In this document: piece by piece, positions 13,193 through 26,050 of the stretch | Layout of the letters: the number at the start of each line of letters is the position of its first letter | Position numbering within the stretch: the first letter of the stretch is position 1 | Origin: Felis catus | Lineage: Eukaryota | Assembly (NCBI RefSeq): GCF_018350175.1 | Contig: NC_058373.1 | Coordinates: 107,696,001-107,760,000 of the forward strand | Direction of reading: 5' to 3' | DNA length: 64,000 nucleotides | Translations under genes and position numbers: made by a program | The notes under the pieces: model-generated | Databases searched by the model: none | What the model was told of the DNA's origin: nothing | The model's input: the letters and a program-made list of their open reading frames with translations, nothing else

Positions 13193-13890
13193 CACCATTT
13201 CGATCCTGCAATTGTTATACTTGGTATTTACCTCAATGAGTTGAAAACTTATATCAACACAAAAATTTGCACACAGAAGTTTATAGCAGCTTTATTCATA
13301 ATTGCCATAAGCAATCACGATGTCCATCAGTAGGTGAATAGATAGATAAATTGTGGTTCATCTAGACAATAGAATATAACTCAGCACTAAAAAGAAATGG
13401 GCTACCAGGCCATGAAAAGACATGGAGGAACCTTAAATGTATATTACTAAGTGAAAGAAGCTAATATGAAAAGTCTAGGTACTGTGTGATTCTAACTATG
13501 TGACATCCTGGGAAAAGGCAAAACTATGGAGATAGTAAAAAGATGAATGGTTGCCAAGGGTTAGATGGGAAGGAGAAGATGAAAAGGGAGAGCACAGAGG
13601 ATTTTTAGGGCAGTGAAAATATTTTGGATGGCACTGTAATGGTGGATACACGTCATTATACATTTGTCAAAACCCATAGAATGCACAACACCAATGTAAA
13701 CTATGGACTCTGGGTGGTAATGATGTGTCACTGTACAAACACTGATTGTAACAAATGGACCACTCTAGTGGGGGGGTGTTGATGGTGGGAGAGGCTGGCA
13801 TGTGTGGGGCAGGGCGTACGTTGGAACTCTGCTTTCTGCTCAACTTTGCTACGAACCTAAAACTGATCTAAAACTAAGGTCTATTTTTTT
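13193..13890 (+). mobile_element. Old mammalian-wide L1 (L1M) 3' end
   Basis: Degenerate ORF2 tail (DPAIVILGIYLNELKTY...FIAALFIIA) followed by a typical L1M 3' UTR. Confidence 0.85.
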
Positions 13891-13964
13891 TAAGTCTAAG
13901 GTATTAAAATGAAAAAGATACAGAGGAAGCAAAATAAACAGGAGTCTTTCAAAAATTTGATTTA

Positions 13965-14157
13965 GGGGTGCCTGGGTGGCTGGATTGGTTAAGTGTCTGA
14001 GTCTTCGGCTCAGGTCATGATCTTGTGGTTTGTGAGTTCAAGCCCCATGTTGGGCTTGCTCCTCTCATCACAGAGACCACTTCAGATCCTCTGTGCCCCC
14101 CTCTCTCTGCCCCTCCCCTGCTTGCACTGTCTCAAAAATAAACATTTAAAAAACAAA
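13965..14157 (+). mobile_element. Can-SINE (diverged)
   Basis: ggggtgcctgggtggctggattggttaag head, ctctctctgcccctcccctg, aaaataaacatttaaaaaa tail. Confidence 0.88.
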
Positions 14158-15682
14158 CCTTAAACATTCTGATTTAAATATTGATGTTCACTCACTGAAC
14201 AGCTTAGAGCAATTAAAAAAGGATGCTTTATTTGTGATGTGTCCTTATTGATGTTGCTACATCCTCACTAGGCCACTTTCCTCAGTGCCAGAACCCACTC
14301 CTGCTCTCCTCAGTGTCAGAACCTGGCCATCCGCCAGGCTGTTCACTATTTGGTCTACACCTGTGGCCTCAGGAGAAGCCCTGACATGTGGGAAGGCGGG
14401 AAGATCAGCCTTTCCCCCGCACACAGAAGTGGATGTACCCACTTTCCTATGTACCCACAGACTCGGATCTGCTCTAAACAGCCCATGAAGGAGGAAGCTG
14501 CATCCCTGAAGGAGGAAGCTGCTACAGCTAAAAACTAACTTCCCTCCAAGATAGGACAATCGGTAAGGACATGCCCGGCTGGACAGTCATTGCTTTGTCA
14601 AAGTTTGAGCTATCACTGAGGCCTAGCTTAACACTGATGAAATATCAGGCTGAGAATGGCCTGGACAAATGGAAATACATGCAGCTTGAGTCCCCTTTCC
14701 CTATTTTCCCAGCTTGATAATGACACAGAGAAGAGAGACACCATATATATTCGGGTTTAGCAGCAAGAATGGAACTAAGCTACAATTTTGTGATAGAAAC
14801 TGACCAATTTATCCAATAAATTGACAAGTTTCAAGACTTGAAGCCTACTGTTCATACAGTCATTACTAAAGTATCCATTCTCCCAGTAATGCAATCCCTC
14901 CTCCAAAACCACAGATTCTTTTCTCCTCAGTATTTTGGGCCTGATGTCTTTGCCCATATTTCTTCATTCTCCTGCTCAGAATAAATAAAGCCCCTGGAGT
15001 GGAATATATAGACAAGCAAGGGAGTCTTTTAAGAGTATGGTGGGCAAGAGTGACCCCTGCTGGATGAATGAGGACCAACTAGCACAACTAGCAAAACGAG
15101 AAGAAAAATTGTTTTAAAGTAGTACTTACTTCTGGTGGAGTAGGAAACAAACATTTTTTTGGTCTCCTTTTAAAATTTATTGAGTTAAAAACCAAACCTC
15201 CAAGACTTATCCTTTTTTGGGTTCCTAGAAACAAATTTTGTTGAGTGCTGTTTCCACAGTATGTTGATACTTATGTTAAGTGATTTTTTTAAAGAGCTCT
15301 GTCTATTCTGTGTATGGGTCCCCAAAGCAGCTTAACTGCCTGTAGCTGAACTGTTTATTTTCTATGTGATGGTCTGCCAGGGCTCCAAGTTATTGTGCAC
15401 GGAATGTATCTGCTTTGTGAGTAAGAGTAATTCTGATAAACCTGAAAGCATGTGGTGGATTTCAAGGCTGCCTAGGGAAAAGTGTTTGAGATAGGTCAGT
15501 GGGGTCAGAACCTTCAAAGAAAATTTGACACATCTTACCAAACTTTTTCCTTGGCTGCAGTGGAATTTAGATATTTTCAGAATCCATAAGTCCTTAATTT
15601 GGTGGGGGAGTGAGTGCTTTTAAAAAGAGTAAGTTTCCTTTTATGTAGCATATATCCCGAGGCTTTAAAATATGCTCTGCTT

Positions 15683-15950
15683 GATGAACACAAGGAAGGG
15701 AAGCAAAACTAATATAAAAGCAGAGAGGGAGACAAACCATGAAAGACTCTTAAATACAGAGAACAAAATGAGAGTTGCTGGAGGGGTGTTGGGTGAGGGG
15801 ATGGGCTAAATGGGAGAGGGGGATTAAGGAGGGCACTTGTTGGGATGACCACTGGGTGTTATATGTAAGTGATGAATCACTAAACTCTATTGCTGAAGAT
15901 CATTATTACACTAGATGTTAACTAACTTGGAGTTAAATTAAAAAAAAAAT
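15683..15950 (+). mobile_element. Short carnivore L1 3' end
   Basis: L1 3' UTR motifs (gatgaccactgggtgttatatgtaagtgatgaatcactaaa), A-tail, TSD aaaa(t/c)atgctctgctt at 15667-15682 and 15951-15966. Confidence 0.9.
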
Positions 15951-16059
15951 AAAACATGCTCTGCTTTGTAATGTCTTCTTTAATTCTGTTTTGCAGACAT
16001 AGTGAAGAATTTGGTAGGTCAGCTCTCTGACTCTCAACATCAAAATGCCTAACCACACT

Positions 16060-16250
16060 GATTTCTAATCTGACACTTCCTAGTTAAGCAACTTTAGGCA
16101 AGTTTTCGAAGCTTCCTAGGCCTCAGTTTCCTCCTCTGTAAAATGGGGTTGCTTATGGTACTCCCTTAACAGAGTTATTAGGATTCCTTGAGATAATGTA
16201 TGCTCATGTGCTTGGATGGTAGATGGCCGTCAGTAAATACTCAATACAAG
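16060..16250 (+). mobile_element. MIR
   Basis: ggcaagtttt...cctcagtttcctcctctgtaaaatgggg MIR core. Confidence 0.75.
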
Positions 16251-16570
16251 GTATAGTTACTGAAAGTGAGCTAAATCTGTACACAGACAGGTTCCTTTCT
16301 CCCTCCATTTCTCCCTCCTTGTATTCCTCTTTTAATAAATATTTATGGAATCTCTACTAGGTTCAAACCTCTGTACTAGACACTGAGGAGCATAAGAAGC
16401 TGAAAAATGCACTTTTCCTTCCCTCAGGGAACTTCCAGTCTGTTTGACATTTTATCATCTGGCTCTCACTTAGTGATTCTAAAACCCATTTGCTAATACC
16501 CTGGAACAGTACAAATTAGCTTAAATGAAAATGTCCAATCTTAGAGGTGAAGACAGAAAAATCATGATTA

Positions 16571-16797
16571 GGGATGCCTGGGTGGCTCAGTCAGTTGAGC
16601 ATCTGACTTTGGCTCAGGTCATGATCTTGCAGTTTGTGAGTTCGAGCCCCACGTTGGGCTCTGTGCTGACGGCTCAGAGCCTGGAGCCTGCTTCAGATTC
16701 TGTCTCCCCTTCTCTCTGCCCCTCCCATGCTCCTGCTCTATCTCTCTCTGTTTCTCAATAATAATTAAATGTTAAAAAAAAATTTAAAAAAAGTTTT
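16571..16797 (+). mobile_element. Can-SINE
   Basis: gggatgcctgggtggctcagtcagttgagc head; perfect 16-bp TSD agaaaaatcatgatta at 16555-16570 and 16798-16813. Confidence 0.93.
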
Positions 16798-18793
16798 AGA
16801 AAAATCATGATTAAAAAAAATTCCAAAAGATTAGCAATCATATGTCAAATTTTGAGAGGGAAATCATTGATGGTAGGCAAGCCTTTAATTTGGGGCAAGA
16901 ATACAAATGAGTCAAGTTTAACATTTTTCTGGCCATATGAACATCTCTACCAAAGAATAGAATCAGAAAACTCCAGGGAATCTCAAACTGTTTTTCTAGA
17001 AGGGAATCTGGTCTAGTGTAGACTGGCACCCCAACTGACCGTCAGTGCAACATAGACTCTCCTTCACTAGCTCTGTACCTGCCAAGTATTGGAAGCGATG
17101 CTGATAACCACGACCCAGCCCTTGTCCAGGAGAAGTGCAGTCTGTTGGAGGAGGGGACAAGGCTTCTGAGTTTGGGGGACTCTTGAGATTTGCATTGCTT
17201 CTTCTTCACTACAGTCCTATACTTTCACAGATGGGCCCATTGAGATCTATGTCAACCATTCTTGCTGCACTGACCAGTACGAAAGTTAGGGTTGATGACC
17301 CAGGACAGAGTAAAATCTGTTCCTCTCAAGCCAGTTTAGCCAACTGGTTTAGCTGAACCAATTTCTCCATGTTGTCCTCTGACCTCTCGGCAGGATTAAG
17401 GGAGCATCCTTCTCTTCAGTAAACAGATTGTAGACCTCATGGACAGCTAGCAGCAAAGAATTTAATTGAAAGGGATTGGGTTGTCATTCATATGCCACAT
17501 ATATACCCAACTGGTCCCAACCTTTACATTTGGCCACATCTCGGCAGAAATTACAGGATGAACTTGATACTTTTGGGACTCCCAGGAGAGGTCTTGGGAG
17601 TTGGGAATACATCCTTTTGAAGTTTACCATCCGCTTCAATCTATTCTTTAGCCAAATCCTAATAATTACACCTGTCCTCCTTATGAGGGTTTGATTGTGG
17701 ATGAGGCAATTTTTGCCTTTTCTCCCCAAAGGAGAGATCATTATCTTACAAAAAAAAAAGAGAGAGAGACTGTCTTATAAGAGGTAAGTTCAAATACAGA
17801 TGAAAATAATAATACTACTTAGCATTTCCACCCCACCTTTCATCTATAGAGCTCAAAGTACTTGGCAAACATTAATTAATTTTCAAAACAACCCATGTGA
17901 GGTAAGTAAGGGTATTATCTTTATAATAATATATAAATACTGGCTGGTTCATGAAAGCAGCCACTTAAAAGGGACAATTCTACAAGATCAATTTCAAAAA
18001 CAACCTTCTCACCTGGTGTAGACTTCATACTTTTGGGTAACACATTTGGGAGTGCCAAACTTACTAATAATATATCTTGGAGTGAGCACACCCACCTTTT
18101 CAAAATAATTTCTCTAGTGTTTTTTGACAGTCTTATCTATTTTGAGGAAAGTTTTCATGTTCAAAAATACTAATAGTGGCTTATTCAATCTACATGATGT
18201 CAGTCTTTACATATGAAAAAGTTCCAATTGTTTTAGAGCATAAGGTTTAATGGTGAGAATCTAGGATCCTATTTCAAACGTATGTAGATTTGAAGGGGCT
18301 GTGATAATTTCAGGGTTTTGTAATGTTTTCTGCCATCATCTTAAATTCTGAATGTATCATAAATCATAGTTCCATGACTTGTCAAAATGGGTACCAGCCA
18401 GAATTTCTAGATGAGAGAGACACTGACAACTGGAAGAAACTGACCAGGAGTGAATTCAGTTGGCTGCCTGCCCCCCTCCTCCGCCTCCACTTTCCTCTGT
18501 TCAGGACGTTCACACTGAATGTTTTATACCAAAATGTGGTCTATTTTTATTTTGTCTCCTCTCCATTCTCTGTCTCCCTTAAAAAATAGAATGGCATTCC
18601 ATTCCCAGTTGCTAACGGTCTGATCATTTGCTGGTTGGAGTTGATTTTAGGGCCCATCTCCCTCAGTGGAGCTCACCATATGTATACCACTTTCTATCAT
18701 AATTGTGGTTCAATCTGTGTTCGCTCTTCCCAGTGACAGTGCTCATCCCTGTGAAGTCTGACTGGTTTTTTGATCCTGGAAAGCTAGTTCTTT

Positions 18794-19030
18794 CTTTTTT
18801 TGAAGGTAACATCTTTTTTATTTTTTTAAGTTTATTTATTCATTTTGAGAGAGACAGAGAGCGCGAGCAGGGGAGGGCAGAGAGTCAGGGAGAGAGAGAG
18901 AATCCCAAGCCAGCTCTGCACTGTCAGTGTGGAGCCCCATGTGGGGCTTGAACTCAGGAAACGGGAGATCATAACCTGGGCTGAAACCAAGAGTGGGATG
19001 CTTAACTGACTGAGCCATCCAGGCGCCTCC
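18794..19030 (-). mobile_element. Can-SINE with interrupted tail
   Basis: Typical body ending ...tgagccatccaggcgcctc; TSD tggaaagcta(g/a)ttcttt at ~18777-18793 and 19031-19047. Confidence 0.92.
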
Positions 19031-20098
19031 TGGAAAGCTAATTCTTTAGGTTAGTAGTAATTATACTTTTTCTGTGTCTTTAAACTCACTCTACATCAAG
19101 AACTACTTTACATTCAGGAAACACTCAGTAAACATGAATTTAGGGTGTATTTTGTTCTGCCGAAATGGAAGAATGTCTCTGGACTCTGACTGAAACCTTT
19201 GTTTATAGTCTTAGTTGGGTAAATCCTCTACACTAAAATTTTATATATGTTGCTCTGAGTTTTCTGCTTTGTGATCCTAATAAGTGAATTGTTTCACGAA
19301 ACCATGTAAGAAACTATGTACCACTTAACTGTGCAATATTGATCCACTAAGTCTATCTGCATGCCTCTGTTGATGGCTTCACTTAGCAGCCTCAAGAGAG
19401 TAAACCTGGTTTTGGTCTCATAACTTTGGTTGAGCTGATGGTCTCCAATCTCCAAAGTGGGATAAACCAGATTCCTTCACTGTGTTTATCTTGGCCCGCC
19501 ATGTCTCTTTATGGAGAAAATGGTCCAAATAAAGTGCTTCCTCTGTGTATTTTGACAGGAAACACTACTAATATGCTTTCCTTTTGTTGTGTGCCTTACT
19601 CTTTTCTCCCAGTGTTGTTTAAATATTTTCAGTACAATGACATATTTATTAATCCAGTACTCTCAGCATGGGGCATGAAATGATTGGTTCCTCTGTAAAG
19701 CCCTCTTAGAAAAGGTGGTTTCTCCAGTGAGAGTTAATAATATTACCACTATTCATGTAAAAAACACTGAGACAATCTCTTAAAAATGGAACACATTTAT
19801 CTAAAACAGCTGGTAAAGAAAGCACACAGGCCCAGCCAGAGGCGGCGAGGCCAGAGGTCAGGGTTAACACCGATCTCGGTGGAACTTTGAAGCTGACATT
19901 TTACAGATTATATGTGTCTCAGTGCACAGTGGGCATGGCATATAAATTGGACTTAGAGGCCCCTATTTGTTCTCTGCATTTTTATGAGCCCACAGAGCTC
20001 TTCTTTGAAGCAGCATACATAGAAAATAAAAACTCATTTTAATGTTGTGGAACTATTTACAATAAATCACATTTACATCCTGGCTTTTCCGAAGTGTA

Positions 20099-20101
<3 letters not shown>

Positions 20102-20160
<59 letters not shown>

Positions 20161-20173
20161 GACATGCACACAT

Positions 20174-20224
<51 letters not shown>

Positions 20225-20228
20225 CACT
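20102..20228. repeat. Compound (TC)n(CA)n microsatellite
   Basis: Directly visible. Confidence 0.97.
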
Positions 20229-22019
20229 CATGGAGTCTATTTCCCAACCCAGATAGCTTATATTTTATCATGATGGTATTGTAAATCCAGTTTCCCTCTT
20301 TCTCCTTGCTTTGACTTAGGAATCAAATCATAGACGCAGCTATATTTAGTACCACAAGGACACCTTTTGTAAGTCATGTGAGGCGATTCAGCTAGAATGA
20401 GCTACTCTTTACCCCCTGGAAAATCCCCTGATACCATAAAATGCTTGCTAGAGCATGGCCCTTCAGCACTAGAAGAAAGCATCTGATTTCAAAGAGATTG
20501 AGTTCCACTCTGGAACTAATTATATCATTCGTTTTATGGATTTTTTTAAGTTGCTAGGTGTTTTAACTGGAGAAGGCTGGCGACCCAGAGAGGAACATGT
20601 ACTGGCAGAGACTGCCACGGGCACTTTAGCCACCTAATTAATTTTCAATAAAAGCTCACAATAGTTAATTTGCTCTAGACCCAATGTAAATCAAACGGAG
20701 ACAAATAGGTTAAAATTAGAAATGTGTGATGGAAACCATGTTTATGGTCAAAATTGCCTTTCAACCTGGAAATAACACAGATTGACAGGGAAAGAAAATG
20801 AGACCACACAGGCTTTTGTTCAAATTGATTCTTAAGTGAATGAAAGATTTTATTAAGGAGAAAATTGGACCCCCACCCCCACCCCAAATCTGAGATCTAG
20901 GAAATAATGTCACTTTGACAAAAAGTAGAGTTAAAAAAATGTTACCTTAAAAATCTCCCAGAATGAAGACATTGTTCCCATTCGACCAAATTGCCTGCTG
21001 CCCTCTTCTTTTTTTTCCCAGGCCTAACATAGCGTAGGGTATACTAGTAAAAATACGATGAAGTGATTAAGTTCCAGGTCTAAATTGGCAGACGTGCCTA
21101 CCCAACACCACCTTCCTTTAGCTCCTATGTTTCAAAACACTCCTTTCCAACATCAAACAGCCATTTTTATTTTTATGAGAACACAGACATAGATTTTTTT
21201 ATGATTTTATAATGATACTTTAGGCCTCCCATTAAAATACCTAGACAATATAGATATCTTTGGCCCAGTTCATTGGACAAATATTATCATTAAGCTTCTC
21301 TCCAGGATTTTATATTTGCAAAATATTTTGTGGGCTTTAATCATTTTAAATTGCCTTAACTTTGCCCATTTTCTCCATGCCTGTCTGTTATTCCTCAGGC
21401 AACCATTTCATTTTAAGCCACAAACTACTCGTGTTATGCAAGGTGAACTAAGCTAATTTTTTAACATGTTGGAATGTTAGTCTCAGAGATTGTTAGCTTT
21501 TTCCTTGTCCTTTGCTGAACATGGCAATTTAAACCACCCCTGAATTCTATTTTTATTTCACTTTTGCCAAGTTCATGAAGTAAATTCCCTCTTTCCCACT
21601 CAATCTGGTTTTTCTTCCTGCCCCAAAGGAATGATGTTGTCACTGTAATGTCTTCTAATGCACTATAAATGCCGTGATGAATTGGAGGCAGGCTGGTTTC
21701 TTCTGAGCAGGAGTCCATTATCCTGTCACAGTGTTCCTTCCCTGTAACTTAATTTTTATTGTAACAAATGACTAAGTACCAAAAAATGAAACAAAGTGAT
21801 GGGCCAATCTAAAGTGGCCTGACTCTGACGGTAAGTGCAGTGGAGTGACAATTGTTTGCAGCTGCCTTCCAAGGGCTCTCTCCCTAATGACATCCACTAT
21901 CCAAATTGGAGTTATCAAAAGCATTTTCTGGATGTTTATGGAAGATCTGCATTCACATTGACTGACTAACGATACTAATATAAACGAAGTACTTTGCAAA
22001 AGACCTAATAAGAGTGCAA

Positions 22020-22215
22020 GAGTATCAAACTTAGCTGTGTTTGAGAATCACCTGGAAATTTGCTAAACTGAAATGCAGGGCCTCAGCTCCCATCAGAGAA
22101 GATGCCAATTTAGTTGGCTAAACGCAGGGCCTAGGAAAATGTATTTTAAATAAGCATCTCTGTTAATTCTACTGAAGGAGTCATATAGATTATATTGTGA
22201 GAAGCACTTGCTAGA
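22020..22215. mobile_element. MER5-like hAT-Charlie relic
   Basis: caaacttagctgtgtttgagaatcacctgga...gggcctaggaaaatgtattttaaataagc...tgagaagcact motifs. Confidence 0.65.
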
Positions 22216-23619
22216 ACTTCGGGTCAATCAATCTTTTCAAATAAATGTCCACTACGCACTTGACGTTTATTTTATAACAGGGCACTTTTTTTTTTTAAAC
22301 CTCCTTGGATTTCAAAGTAAGGTAGTTCTCTTAAATCATAGTTCCAATTTGAATATAATCTTCTCACAATTGGCCCATTTTACCTTCATTCGTTTTATAG
22401 ATTATCACCAACATGGCTGGGAGGTTAAAATCATCCCTCTGTTACTGATGATAAATGAATATTAATCTGGAATCCATAAATCCCTGGAAATCCAATCAAT
22501 TTGGTATATAAGTAACTCGAGCCCTTTTTTGGATTGGAGTGTTCATCGATTTCACCGTATTCCCAAATGAGTCTATGGCCCAGAGAAGGTACAGGACTAT
22601 TGTCTTGAAAGTGGACAAAAATTTAGTGATATTGGCCTCATTGATGTGAAACTTCCATATCAAATAAATAGTTGGAATATCTAAATAGACAACTGATTAC
22701 ATGTCTAAATAGTACAATTGATATTAAGATTGTAGCTTTTAACCAAAATAAAGCTTATTTCAAACCTTCGTCGATATTACAATGTTGTCTGGTATTTGCT
22801 GTTTCATATGTAGTATCATTGGATTGGCTCAGAAGCACTGAGACTTCTTTCCTAAGAAATATTTAGGAACAAAGGAACAAAGGGATTTTGCCTGTAGGTG
22901 TCTATTTTAGAGGCTGGGTGAAGCTGAATAAATTCTGGAAGACTGGAATTTCTGCATCTGTCCATCTATCGGTTAAACATCTATTGAGAACCCATCAAGA
23001 AAAATAAAAACTGTTGTTACACTTAGTGGAGCCTGAGACTAGCAGATTTGTGAAATATTGTAGGTTCATCCAAACATACACACCCCTGAGGATTCTCATT
23101 GTGGAATTCTGTAGGCAGTACACTCCCAACTGGAGTGATTTCAGTAAAAGTCACAGTTAACTTTATCAATCCATGTAATTTCTGAGAACGGAAGAGTTGA
23201 CTTAAAAAATAAAATTTGAACATCACTTAGTTAAACAGGCTGGATGAGAGTGGAAGACTGGGAAAGAAGCAAAACAATAGGTTTCTGAGGAAAAGTACGA
23301 ATCCTTAGCTCACTGATTTCCACAGAATAATGATAACATTTTTGGATAATCATTGTCGATGGTTTCAAAATAGTGGAAGATGTATCACTGAAATATCAAA
23401 TATTCTAGCTGCACTTAAACAACTGCTGCTAGTTAAGCCAAGATGTCCTTCAAATGATCTCTGAGTATTTCATTTTAATCATAAACCATGAGGTGTTAAA
23501 GGGGTTAATGAGGTCTCAAGTCATTGTCAACTAATTATCTTTAAGTTGTTGTCAACACATTCTAATTGTTGTACTTCTGCCAGCTCCACCACTGGGGGTG
23601 CACAATCCCAGAGTAATTG

Positions 23620-23621
<2 letters not shown>

Positions 23622-23655
<34 letters not shown>
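23622..23655. repeat. (AC)n microsatellite
   Basis: Directly visible. Confidence 0.97.
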
Positions 23656-23657
<2 letters not shown>

Positions 23658-24329
23658 CTCACCTAGCTGCTGCTTAGTTTGTTAACCAAACCCTTGCTGT
23701 CACCAACACACACATGCATACAGACACATGTATTTGCATGCAAAAAGCTTTTAGGAACTTTTATCTTTTTAAAAGGGCAGGGAAAAAATCAATAAAGCGG
23801 TAGCCAGGCCAGCAGAAGAGGATGGTTGAAACAGCATGGGTGGCTAAGCTCTATGAGAAACAGATGTAAGTTCTTTGGGGCTAGGGCAGGCCTTTCTCTT
23901 TACTGCCAAAGCAACTAGCCAATGGAAGACAATTAATGTCCCTACCATCGGTCACCCACCCCTTCCCCCCTAAAAGATTATTCATTCTGTCTGTTGAAGC
24001 CAAGAACAGAAAGGGGCATCTACGTGGCTGGGGAACCTATGATTTAGGCTCACACTTCACCTAAGTTATATTCTTAAAAATGATTCGTTTCATGGTCTAA
24101 ATCAGCAGGGAACTCTTTCTTGCTCTTCTGATTTTGTGCATTCTACCATCAGCCAAGTCTAACTTAATCTGTTACCATTTACATTCATCTTTTTTTTTCT
24201 TTGTTTTCCTGTTCTGGGAATCCTTTTGGAGTTGATAAAAGGCATTGTCCTGACACAAATGGGTCATTGTCCATGTGGTTATTTAATCACCCTTCCATGG
24301 AGTTAGATGTTGGAAACTTAGGGATTTGG

Positions 24330-24374
24330 AATAATTCCCAAATAATTCCAAATAATAATTCCAAATAATTCCCA
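24330..24374. repeat. Short tandem repeat of aataattcc(c)a, about 4 copies
   Basis: aataattccca aataattcca aataataattcca aataattccca. Confidence 0.85.
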
Positions 24375-24965
24375 CTTTGGGAAACTGGTAGTTTCTCAGG
24401 AAGATAAGCAGGCATCTACTCTACAACTCAGCAATTCTACTCTTACTACTCAAAAGAAAAAAGAAGATATGTCTACAAAAACAATCGTACAAGCATGTTC
24501 ATAGCAGCATTACTCATAATAACTCCAAAGTGGAAACAACCCAGATGTCTACCAACAAGAGAAAAGATAATTGAATTATAGCATATTCATACAACAGAAT
24601 ACTACTCAGCAATGAAAAGAAATGCACTACGCATACACAACAATATGGAGAATCTCAAAAACATTAGGTTCATCAAAAAAAGCTAGATACAAGTACATAT
24701 TGCATGACTTATTCATACTGAGTCCATGAATGGGCAAAACCAATTTACAATGGTATAGAAGTCAGGAGTCAACAAGAGGTTGCCTCTGGCAGGGGGGTAA
24801 TTGACTGGAAAGGGTCACAAAGGAAGTTTCTTGGGGCAATAGAAATAATCTACATCTTGTTTTGAATAATAGTTATGTTTGTGAATACAATTAACAAAAC
24901 ACGAGCTGAGCACCTGAGCTCTGTACCTGGTATTGTATATAGATTATTCCTCAAGGTTTTTAAAA
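24375..24965 (+). mobile_element. Old L1M 3' end
   Basis: atgttcatagcagcattactcataataactccaaagtggaaacaacccagatgtc...gaatactactcagcaatgaaaagaaa motifs. Confidence 0.8.
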
Positions 24966-25537
24966 ATTACAAAGCTAAGGATTTTGGAAATAGAAATGAT
25001 ACAATGGGAGAAAACAGATGAATGATGAAATCAGGAAGTAGAGAAAATGAAGGGAAATTGATCAAACTGGGAAAGTGAATCTTCCTAATGATAAGAATGT
25101 TTGCAGGTATACGAAGAAATATCTAGCCAACTACTTAAACTTTTCTTGAGTGTTTACTATACGCCAAGCACTATGCTAATCATTTTATTACACATTAGCT
25201 CACTTATCTTCTCTTTTTCTTTGACCTTCCAGTGCACAGAACTCGATTAGTCATGTTTCTTGGTACATAGTATATTCTTATCATTGGTCGAGGTGTGGCT
25301 AGTTTTATTTAGTTAGCTAATTATTCTTACTCATAATATGTACTTGCAAGCCCACCACCCAAACAAAAACTAGAACCTTGGCTATAACCTATTATCTAGC
25401 TGTATAACCCTCTCTGTGGGGGAGAATAGTAGCATTCTCCCACCTTCCCCCCACTCAAAGCCATCATCATCCTGAATCCCATGTTTATCATTCCTTTTCT
25501 TTTGACATGCAATTTTATTGGTGCTATGTGAATTCTT

Positions 25538-25745
25538 TTTTTTTTTTTTAGATGTTTATTTATTTTTGAGAGAGAGAGAGTGTAAGTAGGGGAGGGGCAG
25601 AGAGAGATGGGGACAGAGGATCCGAAGCGGGCTGTGCGCTGACAGCAGCAACCTGAAGCTGGGCTCCAACTCACGAACTGAACCGTGAGATCATGACTTG
25701 AGCTGAAGTCAGAAGCTCAATCAACTGAGCCACCCAGATGTCCCA
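25538..25745 (-). mobile_element. Can-SINE inserted in an old L1-like relic
   Basis: Typical body; 16-bp TSD tgctatgtgaattctt at 25522-25537 and 25747-25762. Confidence 0.92.
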
Positions 25746-25899
25746 ATGCTATGTGAATTCTTAAACATATAGACTTATATGTCACTTTATCTTTATGAAA
25801 AAAATACTATATATAATCTTTTGGAACTTACTTTTTTCACTTGATGTTATGTTGCTAAGATTCATTTTAATTGTTTTGTGTCTTTGTGTCATTGAATAT

Positions 25900-26050
25900 T
25901 TATTACAACTCTGTAAAACAGGTGTTATTATCCACATTTGTTGAAGATAAAGTTGGGGCTCAGAGAAGTTGGTTAACATGCCCAAGGACACAGAGTTAGA
26001 AAGTAGTAGAAGCAAGATTCAAATCTGAAAATGTTAACTAATATGCTGTG
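25900..26050 (-). mobile_element. MIR
   Basis: ggggctcagagaagttggttaacatgcccaaggacacagagttag antisense MIR core. Confidence 0.7.

Noticed and set aside
14486..14522. tgaaggaggaagctgc repeated twice (KEEAASLKEEAA in one frame)
   Set aside because: A simple 21-bp-period duplication with no splice or coding support.
24330..24374. Short repeat array as CRISPR-like
   Set aside because: Contiguous 10-13-bp tandem units without spacers, in eukaryotic DNA with no cas genes.
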